Shown one piece after another: positions 27,584 through 34,460 of a DNA stretch of 37,583 nucleotides. Origin of the DNA: a virus; the IMG/VR virus record IMGVR_UViG_2651869525_000001, positions 1 to 37,583 of that record. One strand, given 5' to 3'. Numbering within the stretch: the stretch's first letter is position 1; each line of letters begins with the position of its first letter. A program made the position numbers and the translations under genes. Under the pieces are notes generated by a model. It ran no database searches and was not told the origin of the DNA. It saw only the letters and a list, made by a program, of their open reading frames with translations.

Positions 27584-27964
27584 ATGCTAGACACATATAA
27601 AATAAATTTTACAAATGTAGTTAGAAATGATGATGGTACATATAACTTTGATGAAGCTGAAACTTCTTTAGATAATTCTTTTGAAGATGTAGTTACTCAA
27701 TCTTGTACTAATGTTGATTTAGGTGATGACGCTTTAGCTGGACTTTTAGAAAGATGTTCATCAAATGTAGAAGTACATGTTAACGCTGTATTCTTTGGAA
27801 GAGGAAGAGCTGGAGTAACAGAAACTACTTCTGAAGAAACTGTATCAGAAAATCCTTCTGAACCAGTATCAGAAACTGTAGAAACTCCTATAGAAACTCC
27901 TGTAGAAACTCCTATAGAAAATACTGTAGAGGATACTACAACTCAAACTGAAGTATCTGCTTAA
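27584..27964 (+). CDS. Hyper-acidic protein with a C-terminal Thr/Glu/Pro repeat
   Basis: By my count about 27 Asp+Glu against 5 Lys+Arg in 126 aa. The C-terminus reads SETVETPIETPVETPIENTVEDTTTQTEVSA. Confidence 0.65.
   Translation: MLDTYKINFTNVVRNDDGTYNFDEAETSLDNSFEDVVTQSCTNVDLGDDALAGLLERCSSNVEVHVNAVFFGRGRAGVTETTSEETVSENPSEPVSETVETPIETPVETPIENTVEDTTTQTEVSA
27872..27940 (+). repeat. 12-nt in-frame tandem repeat GAAACTCCTRTA (ETP-I/V)
   Basis: Units at 27881, 27893 and 27905, with degenerate units on both flanks. Confidence 0.75.
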
Positions 27965-27982
27965 TTAAAATTAGTTAAGAGT

Positions 27983-28012
27983 AAAATATCCTTATTTATT
28001 AAGGGTATTTTT
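27983..28012 (+). terminator. Intrinsic terminator candidate at the end of the late operon
   Basis: 12-bp stem (27983..27994 with 28000..28011, one G-U pair), 5-nt loop, and a U-run at 28008..28012. Confidence 0.5.
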
Positions 28013-28073
28013 ACTATACACTTAAGTTAAGTCTTAATATGTGGAAAACAAATTGTGTTTTAAAATATATAAA

Positions 28074-28082
28074 TGATATAAT
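28074..28082 (+). promoter_or_regulatory. Extended -10 promoter TGATATAAT
   Basis: Lies about 200 nt upstream of the 28283 ATG, after the late-operon terminator. Confidence 0.55.
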
Positions 28083-28282
28083 ATAAGAGTTACAAGTTTC
28101 GTCATTTGTAACAAAAAGTAAACTTAAATATTTTTTCATAATTAATTTTAAGCACATAACCTATTTGGGTTTTGTGTGAATGGTAGATTAACCCATGATT
28201 TACCATTCACAGAGTATCTAAATACTCAGAATAAATTGCATACTAATTGAGTATTAGTAGCTGATAGGTAAGCTATCCTAAA
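28083..28282 (+). promoter_or_regulatory. Long structured 5' leader (candidate cis-regulatory RNA)
   Basis: Five hairpins. (1) 28089..28095 with 28106..28112, 7 bp. (2) 28175..28185 with 28201..28211, 11 bp perfect. (3) 28212..28217 with 28222..28227. (4) 28240..28244 with 28250..28254. (5) 28263..28267 with 28273..28277, ending 5 nt before the ATG. The GAGTAT and ATACTC segments allow alternative pairings. Confidence 0.45.
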
Positions 28283-28801
28283 ATGAAAGTTTTAAAACAA
28301 AATAAACTGCTGATAATATTGCTAATCACTGGGATTATCATATTAGGGATATTGTTTCCAGTTTTACATACAGAGTCTAAAGAAGTAGTTATATCTAATC
28401 CAGTAACTATAACTAAAGACTTGCGAGCAGAAAAAATAGATAAGTATTTTAAAGATAGAAATGAAAAACTCGCTGGATATGGAAATAAATTTGTAGAAAT
28501 GGCTGATAAATATAATTTGCCTTATAATTTCCTACCTGCTATTTCTGTAAGAGAAACTACAGGGGGAAATGTAATGTGTACTAACCCTAAAGCAAAAAAT
28601 AATCCTTTTGGTTATGGCTCTTGTCGTATAGGTTTTAATTCTATAAATGAAGCTATAGAAACAGTAAGTTATAAGTTATCAAATCTTCCAGTATATAAAG
28701 GAAAAACAATTCAAAAGAAATTGTACTATTATAATGGGACTGTAATCCCCTCATATCCACAAGAAGTATTAAAGATAATGAAAGATATAGATAACAAATA
28801 A
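28283..28801 (+). CDS. Membrane-anchored peptidoglycan hydrolase (GH73 / transglycosylase-like)
   Basis: N-terminal signal anchor LLIILLITGIIILGILFPV. AISVRETTGGN...KNNPFGYGS resembles the catalytic Glu and NxFG motifs of glucosaminidase / SLT families (recalled). Confidence 0.45.
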   Translation: MKVLKQNKLLIILLITGIIILGILFPVLHTESKEVVISNPVTITKDLRAEKIDKYFKDRNEKLAGYGNKFVEMADKYNLPYNFLPAISVRETTGGNVMCTNPKAKNNPFGYGSCRIGFNSINEAIETVSYKLSNLPVYKGKTIQKKLYYYNGTVIPSYPQEVLKIMKDIDNK

Positions 28802-28849
28802 AAACCCCGTATAAGTCAGAATTTTGGCTTACACGGGGTGTTTATTTTA
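28801..28849. terminator. Bidirectional intrinsic terminator between the convergent arms
   Basis: 13-position stem CCCCGTATAAGTC (28805..28817) with GGCTTACACGGGG (28826..28838), containing one mismatch and one G-U pair. AAAA lies upstream and TGTTTATTTTA downstream. Confidence 0.75.
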
Positions 28850-29002
28850 TTAATACCTATCTTCTTCTAGCTCATTTTCTAAATCTATGGCTTTTTCTAA
28901 AGAATCTGGTAATTTTGGTATTTTTATTGAATGTTTTATAGAATATTTTATACCTTCTATTTTATTTTTATGATAAATTTTATCTAATATTTTTTTCTTA
29001 AA
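28850..29002 (-). other. 50-codon open frame without an ATG, in frame with and directly after the TAA of the zinc-ribbon ORF
   Basis: Hand translation: FKKKILDKIYHKNKIEGIKYSIKHSIKIPKLPDSLEKAIDLENELEEDRY, then a stop abutting the terminator. Confidence 0.25.
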
Positions 29003-29131
29003 TTACTCTCTAGTAACTTCTTTATTTCTATTTTGTCTACATGAAAAACAAACAGCTCCTTGAGATGTATTTTTTCTTTCACACATCTCATCACAATTTT
29101 TACATTTAATTAAAATATATCCATTTCGCAT
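29003..29131 (-). CDS. Small zinc-ribbon protein (42 aa)
   Basis: MRNGYILIKCKNCDEMCERKNTSQGAVCFSCRQNRNKEVTRE has CxxC...CxxC. The ATG at 29131 overlaps the end of the preceding gene. Below the track cutoff. Confidence 0.4.
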   Translation of the reverse strand: MRNGYILIKCKNCDEMCERKNTSQGAVCFSCRQNRNKEVTRE

Positions 29132-29634
29132 ATTTCTATTTCTTCTTTATTTTCTTGAAGTTTTTTTAATTCTTGTTTTAAAGCTATAAGCTCTAACTTT
29201 AAATCTATTTTATGAGATAATCTATCTTCTGATACTTTATCCCATAAGTTACTTCTTTCTTTACCTATAAATTCTTTAGCTAATTTATTATATTCATCAC
29301 TAAATTGTGGCTTATAATAAATATGATGTCTTTGACATACACAGACTACAAGTCTTGAATCTGAAAAAGAAATAGCTTTAGCTCTAGTATGTAAATGCTC
29401 TGCTTGAAGTATGAGATTTCCATCTTTTCTAAATCCACCACAATTTCTATATTGAGGTGTTATCTTTCCTTGAAACTTTCTTAAAAAACAACCCCCGTCT
29501 CTTAATATTACTATTTCTCTTAAAGTCGCTTGTATTTCTCTTTTCAATTCTGAACTTGTTGATTGTCCTAAGATATTTAACTTTGTTTGTTTAAGATTAT
29601 ATGGTTTTTTAACTATTAAAGGTGTTTTTTTCAT
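29110..29634 (-). CDS. NinG/Rap-like protein (possible structure-specific endonuclease)
   Basis: DGGCF...NCGG...LQAEHLHTRAKAISFSDSRLVVCVCQRHH parallels the lambda NinG pattern C..C...AGH...LRF.E.N..QC..CN (recalled). An AGGAG Shine-Dalgarno lies 7 nt upstream. Confidence 0.45.
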   Translation of the reverse strand: MKKTPLIVKKPYNLKQTKLNILGQSTSSELKREIQATLREIVILRDGGCFLRKFQGKITPQYRNCGGFRKDGNLILQAEHLHTRAKAISFSDSRLVVCVCQRHHIYYKPQFSDEYNKLAKEFIGKERSNLWDKVSEDRLSHKIDLKLELIALKQELKKLQENKEEIEICEMDIF

Positions 29635-29636
29635 CT

Positions 29637-29972
29637 TTAATCTCCTATAACATTATCAACTGTAACAGTATTATCTAAAATAGGTGTATTTGTTACCATT
29701 GGAGTTGATATAGGTGCTGTATCTACTACTGGACTTGATACTGGTTGAATATAATATGATTTTCTAATTAATCCCCATGCTGTAACTAGAGAACCAAGAA
29801 TTATTAAAATTTGATGAGATATACTAAGAATATTATCACTTGTAGTAATGATACCAAAATAATTAAGAGAGTTTACAAAAAAAGGAGATAGAAGTGTCAT
29901 AACTCCCATAAATGTAACTGATAATTTACCTGAACCATCTGAACTTTGTAATGCGTTTAAAATTTTATCCAT
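29637..29972 (-). CDS. Holin candidate
   Basis: Two hydrophobic segments (LSVTFMGVMTLLSPFFV and ILIILGSLVTAWGLI) in a 111-aa protein directly downstream of the lysin. Confidence 0.55.
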   Translation of the reverse strand: MDKILNALQSSDGSGKLSVTFMGVMTLLSPFFVNSLNYFGIITTSDNILSISHQILIILGSLVTAWGLIRKSYYIQPVSSPVVDTAPISTPMVTNTPILDNTVTVDNVIGD

Positions 29973-29983
29973 ATTTTTATTTA

Positions 29984-30448
29984 TTAATTATCTTTTAATC
30001 TAAAGAAATAGATACGGTATCCACCGTCTACTCTATATCTTTTTATCCAACTATCAAGAGTATAGTGAATATCAAATAATCCAGTATTTGAATTATTTGA
30101 CATAATAGTATTATTTAATCCTACAATACCTACATGACCATTTGTCATATTTGGATTATCAAATAACTTATTTAATCCAGTTGGAGATAAAATTATATCT
30201 CCAGCTTTTATATCTGTTGTAATTTTTTCAAATCTTGTATCATTTATAAATATATTATACAACTGTGTTGTTGAACCTGACCCTGTAAAATCCATAATAT
30301 CTTTAAGAATATTTGTAACACTAATAGCACAACCTACTTCTTTGTCTATTTGTCCGTGTTTATTTGTATTTAAAGATAACAAACCACTTACCAATAGTTT
30401 TTCACCATTTGATTTAAAATAGTTTGTTTGTAATAAATCTTTTATCAT
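29984..30448 (-). CDS. CHAP / NlpC-P60-type endolysin
   Basis: Candidate catalytic Cys in GCAISVTNIL and His in NGHVGIVG, with GDIILSPTG between them. Adjacent to the holin-like gene. Confidence 0.6.
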   Translation of the reverse strand: MIKDLLQTNYFKSNGEKLLVSGLLSLNTNKHGQIDKEVGCAISVTNILKDIMDFTGSGSTTQLYNIFINDTRFEKITTDIKAGDIILSPTGLNKLFDNPNMTNGHVGIVGLNNTIMSNNSNTGLFDIHYTLDSWIKRYRVDGGYRIYFFRLKDN

Positions 30449-30458
30449 ATTTGTATTA

Positions 30459-30734
30459 TTATTTATCTTTTATATCTTCTAGTAATAACTGACATTGACC
30501 TATAATTAGATTATTATAAACTTTAGTTTCTTCTACTTCTTTTTTAATAAGAGAAAGATCCGCTATATCTATTTCTAAAAGTTTTTCATTTGCTAATTTA
30601 TCAGCTAGTATATATATTTTCATTCCTCCTTTTGTTGAAGAATTTACTAATATTTGTCCTAAAGCTTGACCAAAAGTTAAATCAATATCTTTTCTATTTA
30701 AATCTTTTAATATAATTTTACAATTTATTTTCAT
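30459..30734 (-). CDS. Hypothetical protein (91 aa), first gene of the lysis transcription unit
   Basis: ORF downstream of the minus-strand promoter at 30774..30766. Confidence 0.55.
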   Translation of the reverse strand: MKINCKIILKDLNRKDIDLTFGQALGQILVNSSTKGGMKIYILADKLANEKLLEIDIADLSLIKKEVEETKVYNNLIIGQCQLLLEDIKDK

Positions 30735-30765
30735 TTTTTTTCTGATTAATATTTCTAATATCTAT

Positions 30766-30774
30766 ATTATACCA
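30766..30774 (-). promoter_or_regulatory. Extended -10 promoter TGGTATAAT (minus strand)
   Basis: Plus-strand attatacca is the reverse complement of TGGTATAAT. AATCAG follows in the leader (30747..30742). Confidence 0.55.
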
Positions 30775-30800
30775 TATAATCTAAAGTAGAATGTTTATAT

Positions 30801-30836
30801 ACACAAAAAACCACTTAATAAACTGGTTTTTTGTGT
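30801..30836. terminator. 13-bp A/U-rich palindromic hairpin, terminator candidate separating the early genes from the lysis unit
   Basis: ACACAAAAAACCA (30801..30813) pairs perfectly with TGGTTTTTTGTGT (30824..30836). The U-run lies within the 3' arm on both strands. Confidence 0.45.
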
Positions 30837-30866
30837 TTTATCTTCATTATTATAAATACATTTATA

Positions 30867-31058
30867 TTATAGTACATTTTTCTCATCTGCAATAATAATT
30901 TTTAATACATATTCCATACCTAGAATAAAAGCTCTTTGCTCGTTTATACTCCATTTTTGAGGTATTATACTATTTTCTTTTTTATATTTTTGTAAAAGTT
31001 GTTTTTTAGCTTTGAGAGTATCTTTTATCCCTTGTTTAGTAATACGATTGATTATCAT
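30867..31058 (-). CDS. Hypothetical protein (63 aa)
   Basis: ORF in the packed minus-strand early array. Confidence 0.5.
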   Translation of the reverse strand: MIINRITKQGIKDTLKAKKQLLQKYKKENSIIPQKWSINEQRAFILGMEYVLKIIIADEKNVL

Positions 31059-31065
31059 ATTATTT

Positions 31066-31293
31066 TTAACTTATATAATTTAATATAAACCTTAAAATTT
31101 CAGCATTATTTAATTTTCTAGAATTAAATTCTTCTTTAAATATTTCTACTGGAAATCCTAATCTTGTTTCAAAATCAAAAGCTATAATAGGTAAACTTTC
31201 TTTAATAAATTCAATAACTTCATTTTTATTATTTTTATCTAATTTATCTAAATTATATTTTATTTGTTTTTGATATTTATTTAGTTTTTTCAT
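31066..31293 (-). CDS. Hypothetical protein (75 aa)
   Basis: ORF in the packed minus-strand early array. Confidence 0.5.
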   Translation of the reverse strand: MKKLNKYQKQIKYNLDKLDKNNKNEVIEFIKESLPIIAFDFETRLGFPVEIFKEEFNSRKLNNAEILRFILNYIS

Positions 31294-31294
31294 A

Positions 31295-31597
31295 TTATTC
31301 TTTCATCTTATTTATTGTTTGTAAAATATCCTTAAATGCTTGATTATATATAAATAGTTTTTCATCTTCATCTGCTTTTCCTCCAAAAATATTAAACCAA
31401 ATTTTATCTGCATTTAACATTCGTCTTGTAAGTATCACCCTCTCCACTTCTTCTAGTGTTTGAAGGCGAGTTTCTTTCTTAACTTCTATTTCACAATTAA
31501 TTAAAAGTCTACCTATAAATTCTTCTAATTCAGTTTTACTAGCATATCCAAATAATTTATCCCATTCTTTACCCCACTTGTTTAGTTTTATGTCCAT
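31295..31597 (-). CDS. Hypothetical protein (100 aa)
   Basis: ORF in the packed minus-strand early array, with a 1-nt gap to the next gene. Confidence 0.55.
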   Translation of the reverse strand: MDIKLNKWGKEWDKLFGYASKTELEEFIGRLLINCEIEVKKETRLQTLEEVERVILTRRMLNADKIWFNIFGGKADEDEKLFIYNQAFKDILQTINKMKE

Positions 31598-31602
31598 AAT
31601 AG

Positions 31603-31836
31603 TTATTGTATATTTATAATTTCATTTAATAATAAATTTGATCTTATATGATTTGCAATTTCTTTTATCTCTTCTACAAACTCTTTTCTTCCTTCCTCCT
31701 TTCCTCTTTGGTATGATTCCTTTTCAACTTGTTTACAAAAACCTTTAATAATAAATCTTTCTTTTTTACTTAAATCTCTAATAGCTGGATAGATTTCAAA
31801 ATCCTCTTCCCATTTATTTTGTGTTTCTTTTGACAT
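31603..31836 (-). CDS. Hypothetical protein (77 aa)
   Basis: ORF in the packed minus-strand early array. Confidence 0.5.
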   Translation of the reverse strand: MSKETQNKWEEDFEIYPAIRDLSKKERFIIKGFCKQVEKESYQRGKEEGRKEFVEEIKEIANHIRSNLLLNEIINIQ

Positions 31837-31882
31837 AGGTTTAACAATAATTTTTATTTGGATTTTGACATATATTTGTTAG

Positions 31883-32041
31883 TTATTTAATGTTAAGTTT
31901 TTCTTTCATCTCTTTAATATCTTTTTCACAGAAATAAATTGGAAGATAGGCTCCATTAATTTTTAATTTATTCTTTTCTAATGTTGGATTTTTAATTTCT
32001 TCTCTACAAATTTCACAGAAAAATCTTGATGTTGTTTCCAT
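31883..32041 (-). CDS. Small Cys-containing protein (52 aa)
   Basis: Hand translation: METTSRFFCEICREEIKNPTLEKNKLKINGAYLPIYFCEKDIKEMKEKLNIK. A GGTGG Shine-Dalgarno-like sequence lies about 10 nt upstream. Below the track cutoff. Confidence 0.4.
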   Translation of the reverse strand: METTSRFFCEICREEIKNPTLEKNKLKINGAYLPIYFCEKDIKEMKEKLNIK

Positions 32042-32055
32042 ATTTTTATTTCCAC

Positions 32056-32241
32056 CTATTTATTGACTAGTGGAGTTATTATTTCTTCTGGGTATCCTAT
32101 AACTACTACATAACCAAATTCATCACACTTATTATTTTCACAATATTGTAGTATTCTGGATATTGACGGATTTAAAAAACTAAATCCGTCAAAACCTTGT
32201 GATATTTCTTTTAATTTTGTTTTACATTTTCTACATAACAT
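32056..32241 (-). CDS. Zinc-ribbon-like small protein (61 aa)
   Basis: CRKC...CENNKC motif pairs. Confidence 0.5.
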   Translation of the reverse strand: MLCRKCKTKLKEISQGFDGFSFLNPSISRILQYCENNKCDEFGYVVVIGYPEEIITPLVNK

Positions 32242-32245
32242 ATCT

Positions 32246-32569
32246 TTATTTTAAATTAATCATTTCATTTGTAAGGTGACTGATTTGTTCGTCTATGGAT
32301 TGATTATAACCTTGTTCTTTAACTTTAAAAGCTTTTACAATATCTACAATACCAATACCATCGTCAATCATTATACTTTCAGGTATTTCTTTCTTCATTC
32401 CTTTTAATCTCTCTACTTCTGCTTCTAGGATTTGTTTGATAGTATCGTTTAATATATTTATAGCTCTCGTAGAATTTATATACAAATCGCCAGTTGAACC
32501 TATATATTTTTCGTTAGAGTTTTTAAATATATTTGTCTTCTGCTCTTCAATTATTTTGTTTATTGACAT
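32246..32569 (-). CDS. Hypothetical protein (107 aa)
   Basis: ORF in the packed minus-strand early array. Confidence 0.55.
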   Translation of the reverse strand: MSINKIIEEQKTNIFKNSNEKYIGSTGDLYINSTRAINILNDTIKQILEAEVERLKGMKKEIPESIMIDDGIGIVDIVKAFKVKEQGYNQSIDEQISHLTNEMINLK

Positions 32570-32571
32570 AG

Positions 32572-32790
32572 TTATTTAATATCATTATAAATCTTCACAA
32601 CATCTTTATAAAAGTCTTCTAAAGTATAATCTGCTATATCACAATGACAACCTATTATTAATTCTAACCTAGATTTTATTAAAGGTAATTCTTTTATTCC
32701 TCTCTTATAACCTTTATCAAAACATTTACATATACATTCTCCATCATTAAATCTGCATATATGAGCTTTAAGTGCTTTATATTTTTTCAT
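32572..32790 (-). CDS. Cys-rich hypothetical protein (72 aa)
   Basis: HICRFNDGECICKCF and GCHC motifs. Confidence 0.5.
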   Translation of the reverse strand: MKKYKALKAHICRFNDGECICKCFDKGYKRGIKELPLIKSRLELIIGCHCDIADYTLEDFYKDVVKIYNDIK

Positions 32791-32794
32791 ATTA

Positions 32795-33268
32795 TTATTT
32801 AATCTTTACTTTATAACCTAACTTTTCTTCTAATAATGTTTCTGCTTCGGAAAGGGAGAGGGATTTAGGATTATGTATTGATAACCATTCGTTAAATCTT
32901 TCATAAACATTATGTATATCTTCTACTTTTTCTCCTTTATAGAAAAATTCATCATGAGTAAGTTTTAATATTTCTATTCCCTTTATATCAAATACCACAG
33001 TGTTTACTAAATTATTTTGAACATTAAAACATCCATCATTTTTAAATTCAATTTCTTTCACTTCCTCCTCTAGTTCTAAGTCATCTTCTGTGAAGCAACA
33101 AACACAATCAGTTATAAGTTTTTTATCTTTATCTAAAATATTGAAATAAGTAGTCCAATAATCATCTTCCCCAAGATATTCTACATATTTTCCATTTCTA
33201 TTTTTAAAGACTCTACATCTCCCCTCGTGTCCTTCTTTTACTTTATATATTTGATTGATTTTTAACAT
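32795..33268 (-). CDS. Hypothetical protein (157 aa)
   Basis: ORF in the packed minus-strand early array. Confidence 0.55.
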   Translation of the reverse strand: MLKINQIYKVKEGHEGRCRVFKNRNGKYVEYLGEDDYWTTYFNILDKDKKLITDCVCCFTEDDLELEEEVKEIEFKNDGCFNVQNNLVNTVVFDIKGIEILKLTHDEFFYKGEKVEDIHNVYERFNEWLSIHNPKSLSLSEAETLLEEKLGYKVKIK

Positions 33269-33278
33269 ATTAATTATT

Positions 33279-34088
33279 TTAATACCATTCTTCTTTAGGA
33301 ACTTCTCTTAATACTTTTAATTTTGATGTTCTTACTTTTCCATCACAATCTTTTGAAACAATAATATCTTTAGGATTTACTTCACATTCTAATAAAGCTA
33401 CATCTTCCCAATTTTTACCAAATAATATAGCCCAGTTTTTATGTGCAACATGTATTCCTTTAGAGCAAGAATTATTATTTTGATTATCTAATTCTTCTTC
33501 TTTTACTTCTCCTATTTCATAAGTAAATGATTTATTATAATCAGAAAAATATTTATTATTTTCTTTATGGACTGTTTTATACATAATTAACAATTTACCT
33601 TTATTTTCTATAGGATAATATTTTTGATATGTTTTTATATCTGGATTATTTTCTATTGTTTCTTTTATTTGAATAAAATTAACAGATTTAGATATTTCTA
33701 TATCTATTTTATTGATACCAATTTGTCTTATTAAATTCATACCTTTTGCTATAATTTTTTTAGCAGAATAAAGTAAAACTATTGAAGCAAGACCAGTCAT
33801 TAATAAGATAGTAGCGTTACCAGAAACATACTTGATAGTAGCGTTACCAGAAACAGACTTGATAGTAGCGTTACCAGAAACAGACTCGATAGTAGCGTTA
33901 TCAGAAACATGAATATAAGCATTATCAAACTTTCTATTAATAATAATACTTTCTGTTGTATCTTTTATAATAATTTTTCCAATAAAATCATCTTTTATAT
34001 TTTTAAATTCTTTTTGTGTTTTTACAATAATTTCTTTACTCATATTTTTTTTAAATAACTTATTAAATAAATTCATATTTTTTACCAA
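33279..34088 (-). CDS. Repeat-containing protein with a conserved phage C-terminal domain
   Basis: Four 9-aa repeats (SGNATIKSV-like), a hydrophobic segment, then ...NSCSKGIHVAHKNWAILFG..., which resembles a recurrent phage domain of unknown function (recalled). Confidence 0.55.
   Translation of the reverse strand: MVKNMNLFNKLFKKNMSKEIIVKTQKEFKNIKDDFIGKIIIKDTTESIIINRKFDNAYIHVSDNATIESVSGNATIKSVSGNATIKYVSGNATILLMTGLASIVLLYSAKKIIAKGMNLIRQIGINKIDIEISKSVNFIQIKETIENNPDIKTYQKYYPIENKGKLLIMYKTVHKENNKYFSDYNKSFTYEIGEVKEEELDNQNNNSCSKGIHVAHKNWAILFGKNWEDVALLECEVNPKDIIVSKDCDGKVRTSKLKVLREVPKEEWY
33807..33914 (-). repeat. 27-nt in-frame tandem repeat, 4 copies
   Basis: GATAGTAGCGTTACCAGAAACAGACTT-like units starting at 33807, 33834, 33861 and 33888. 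Only a few substitutions, and GC-richer than the flanking DNA. Confidence 0.9.
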
Positions 34089-34456
34089 TTTTCTGGTTTA
34101 ATTAAATTTTTAGGTGAACCTCCAATAAATATTGCTTTCATAAGTCCTTCAGTAAATCCAGCAATGCCACAACCAACTTTTGTTAATAAAAACTCTTTAT
34201 CATTATTTTCTTCACAACATTTATAAAGCAAATCTCTTGAACTTTGCAAATCTTTAATACTTACTTTATTCATTTCTTTATCAAGAGTTGGGAAAGCATA
34301 ACTTTGTCCTGTTAGTCCTTCTCCTATTTCACTTTCTGCACCAAACTTTTCATTTGCTAATTTAGCAGCTCCTCCAAAATGATTTCCATTTAAGTTACTA
34401 CCAAATACAAATATTTGATTATCTTTTAATTCTGTTATATTTTCTGGTGTGTGCAT
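34082..34456 (-). CDS. SLOG/LOG-like phage protein (A1S_2505-type family as recalled)
   Basis: IFVFGSNLNGNHFGGAA, GQSYAFPT and VGCGIAGF match the pattern GSNxxGxHGxGAA...YAIPT...GCGLAG that I recall for this family. Its stop overlaps the start of the downstream gene by 7 nt. Confidence 0.45.
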   Translation of the reverse strand: MHTPENITELKDNQIFVFGSNLNGNHFGGAAKLANEKFGAESEIGEGLTGQSYAFPTLDKEMNKVSIKDLQSSRDLLYKCCEENNDKEFLLTKVGCGIAGFTEGLMKAIFIGGSPKNLIKPENW

Positions 34457-34460
34457 AGTT

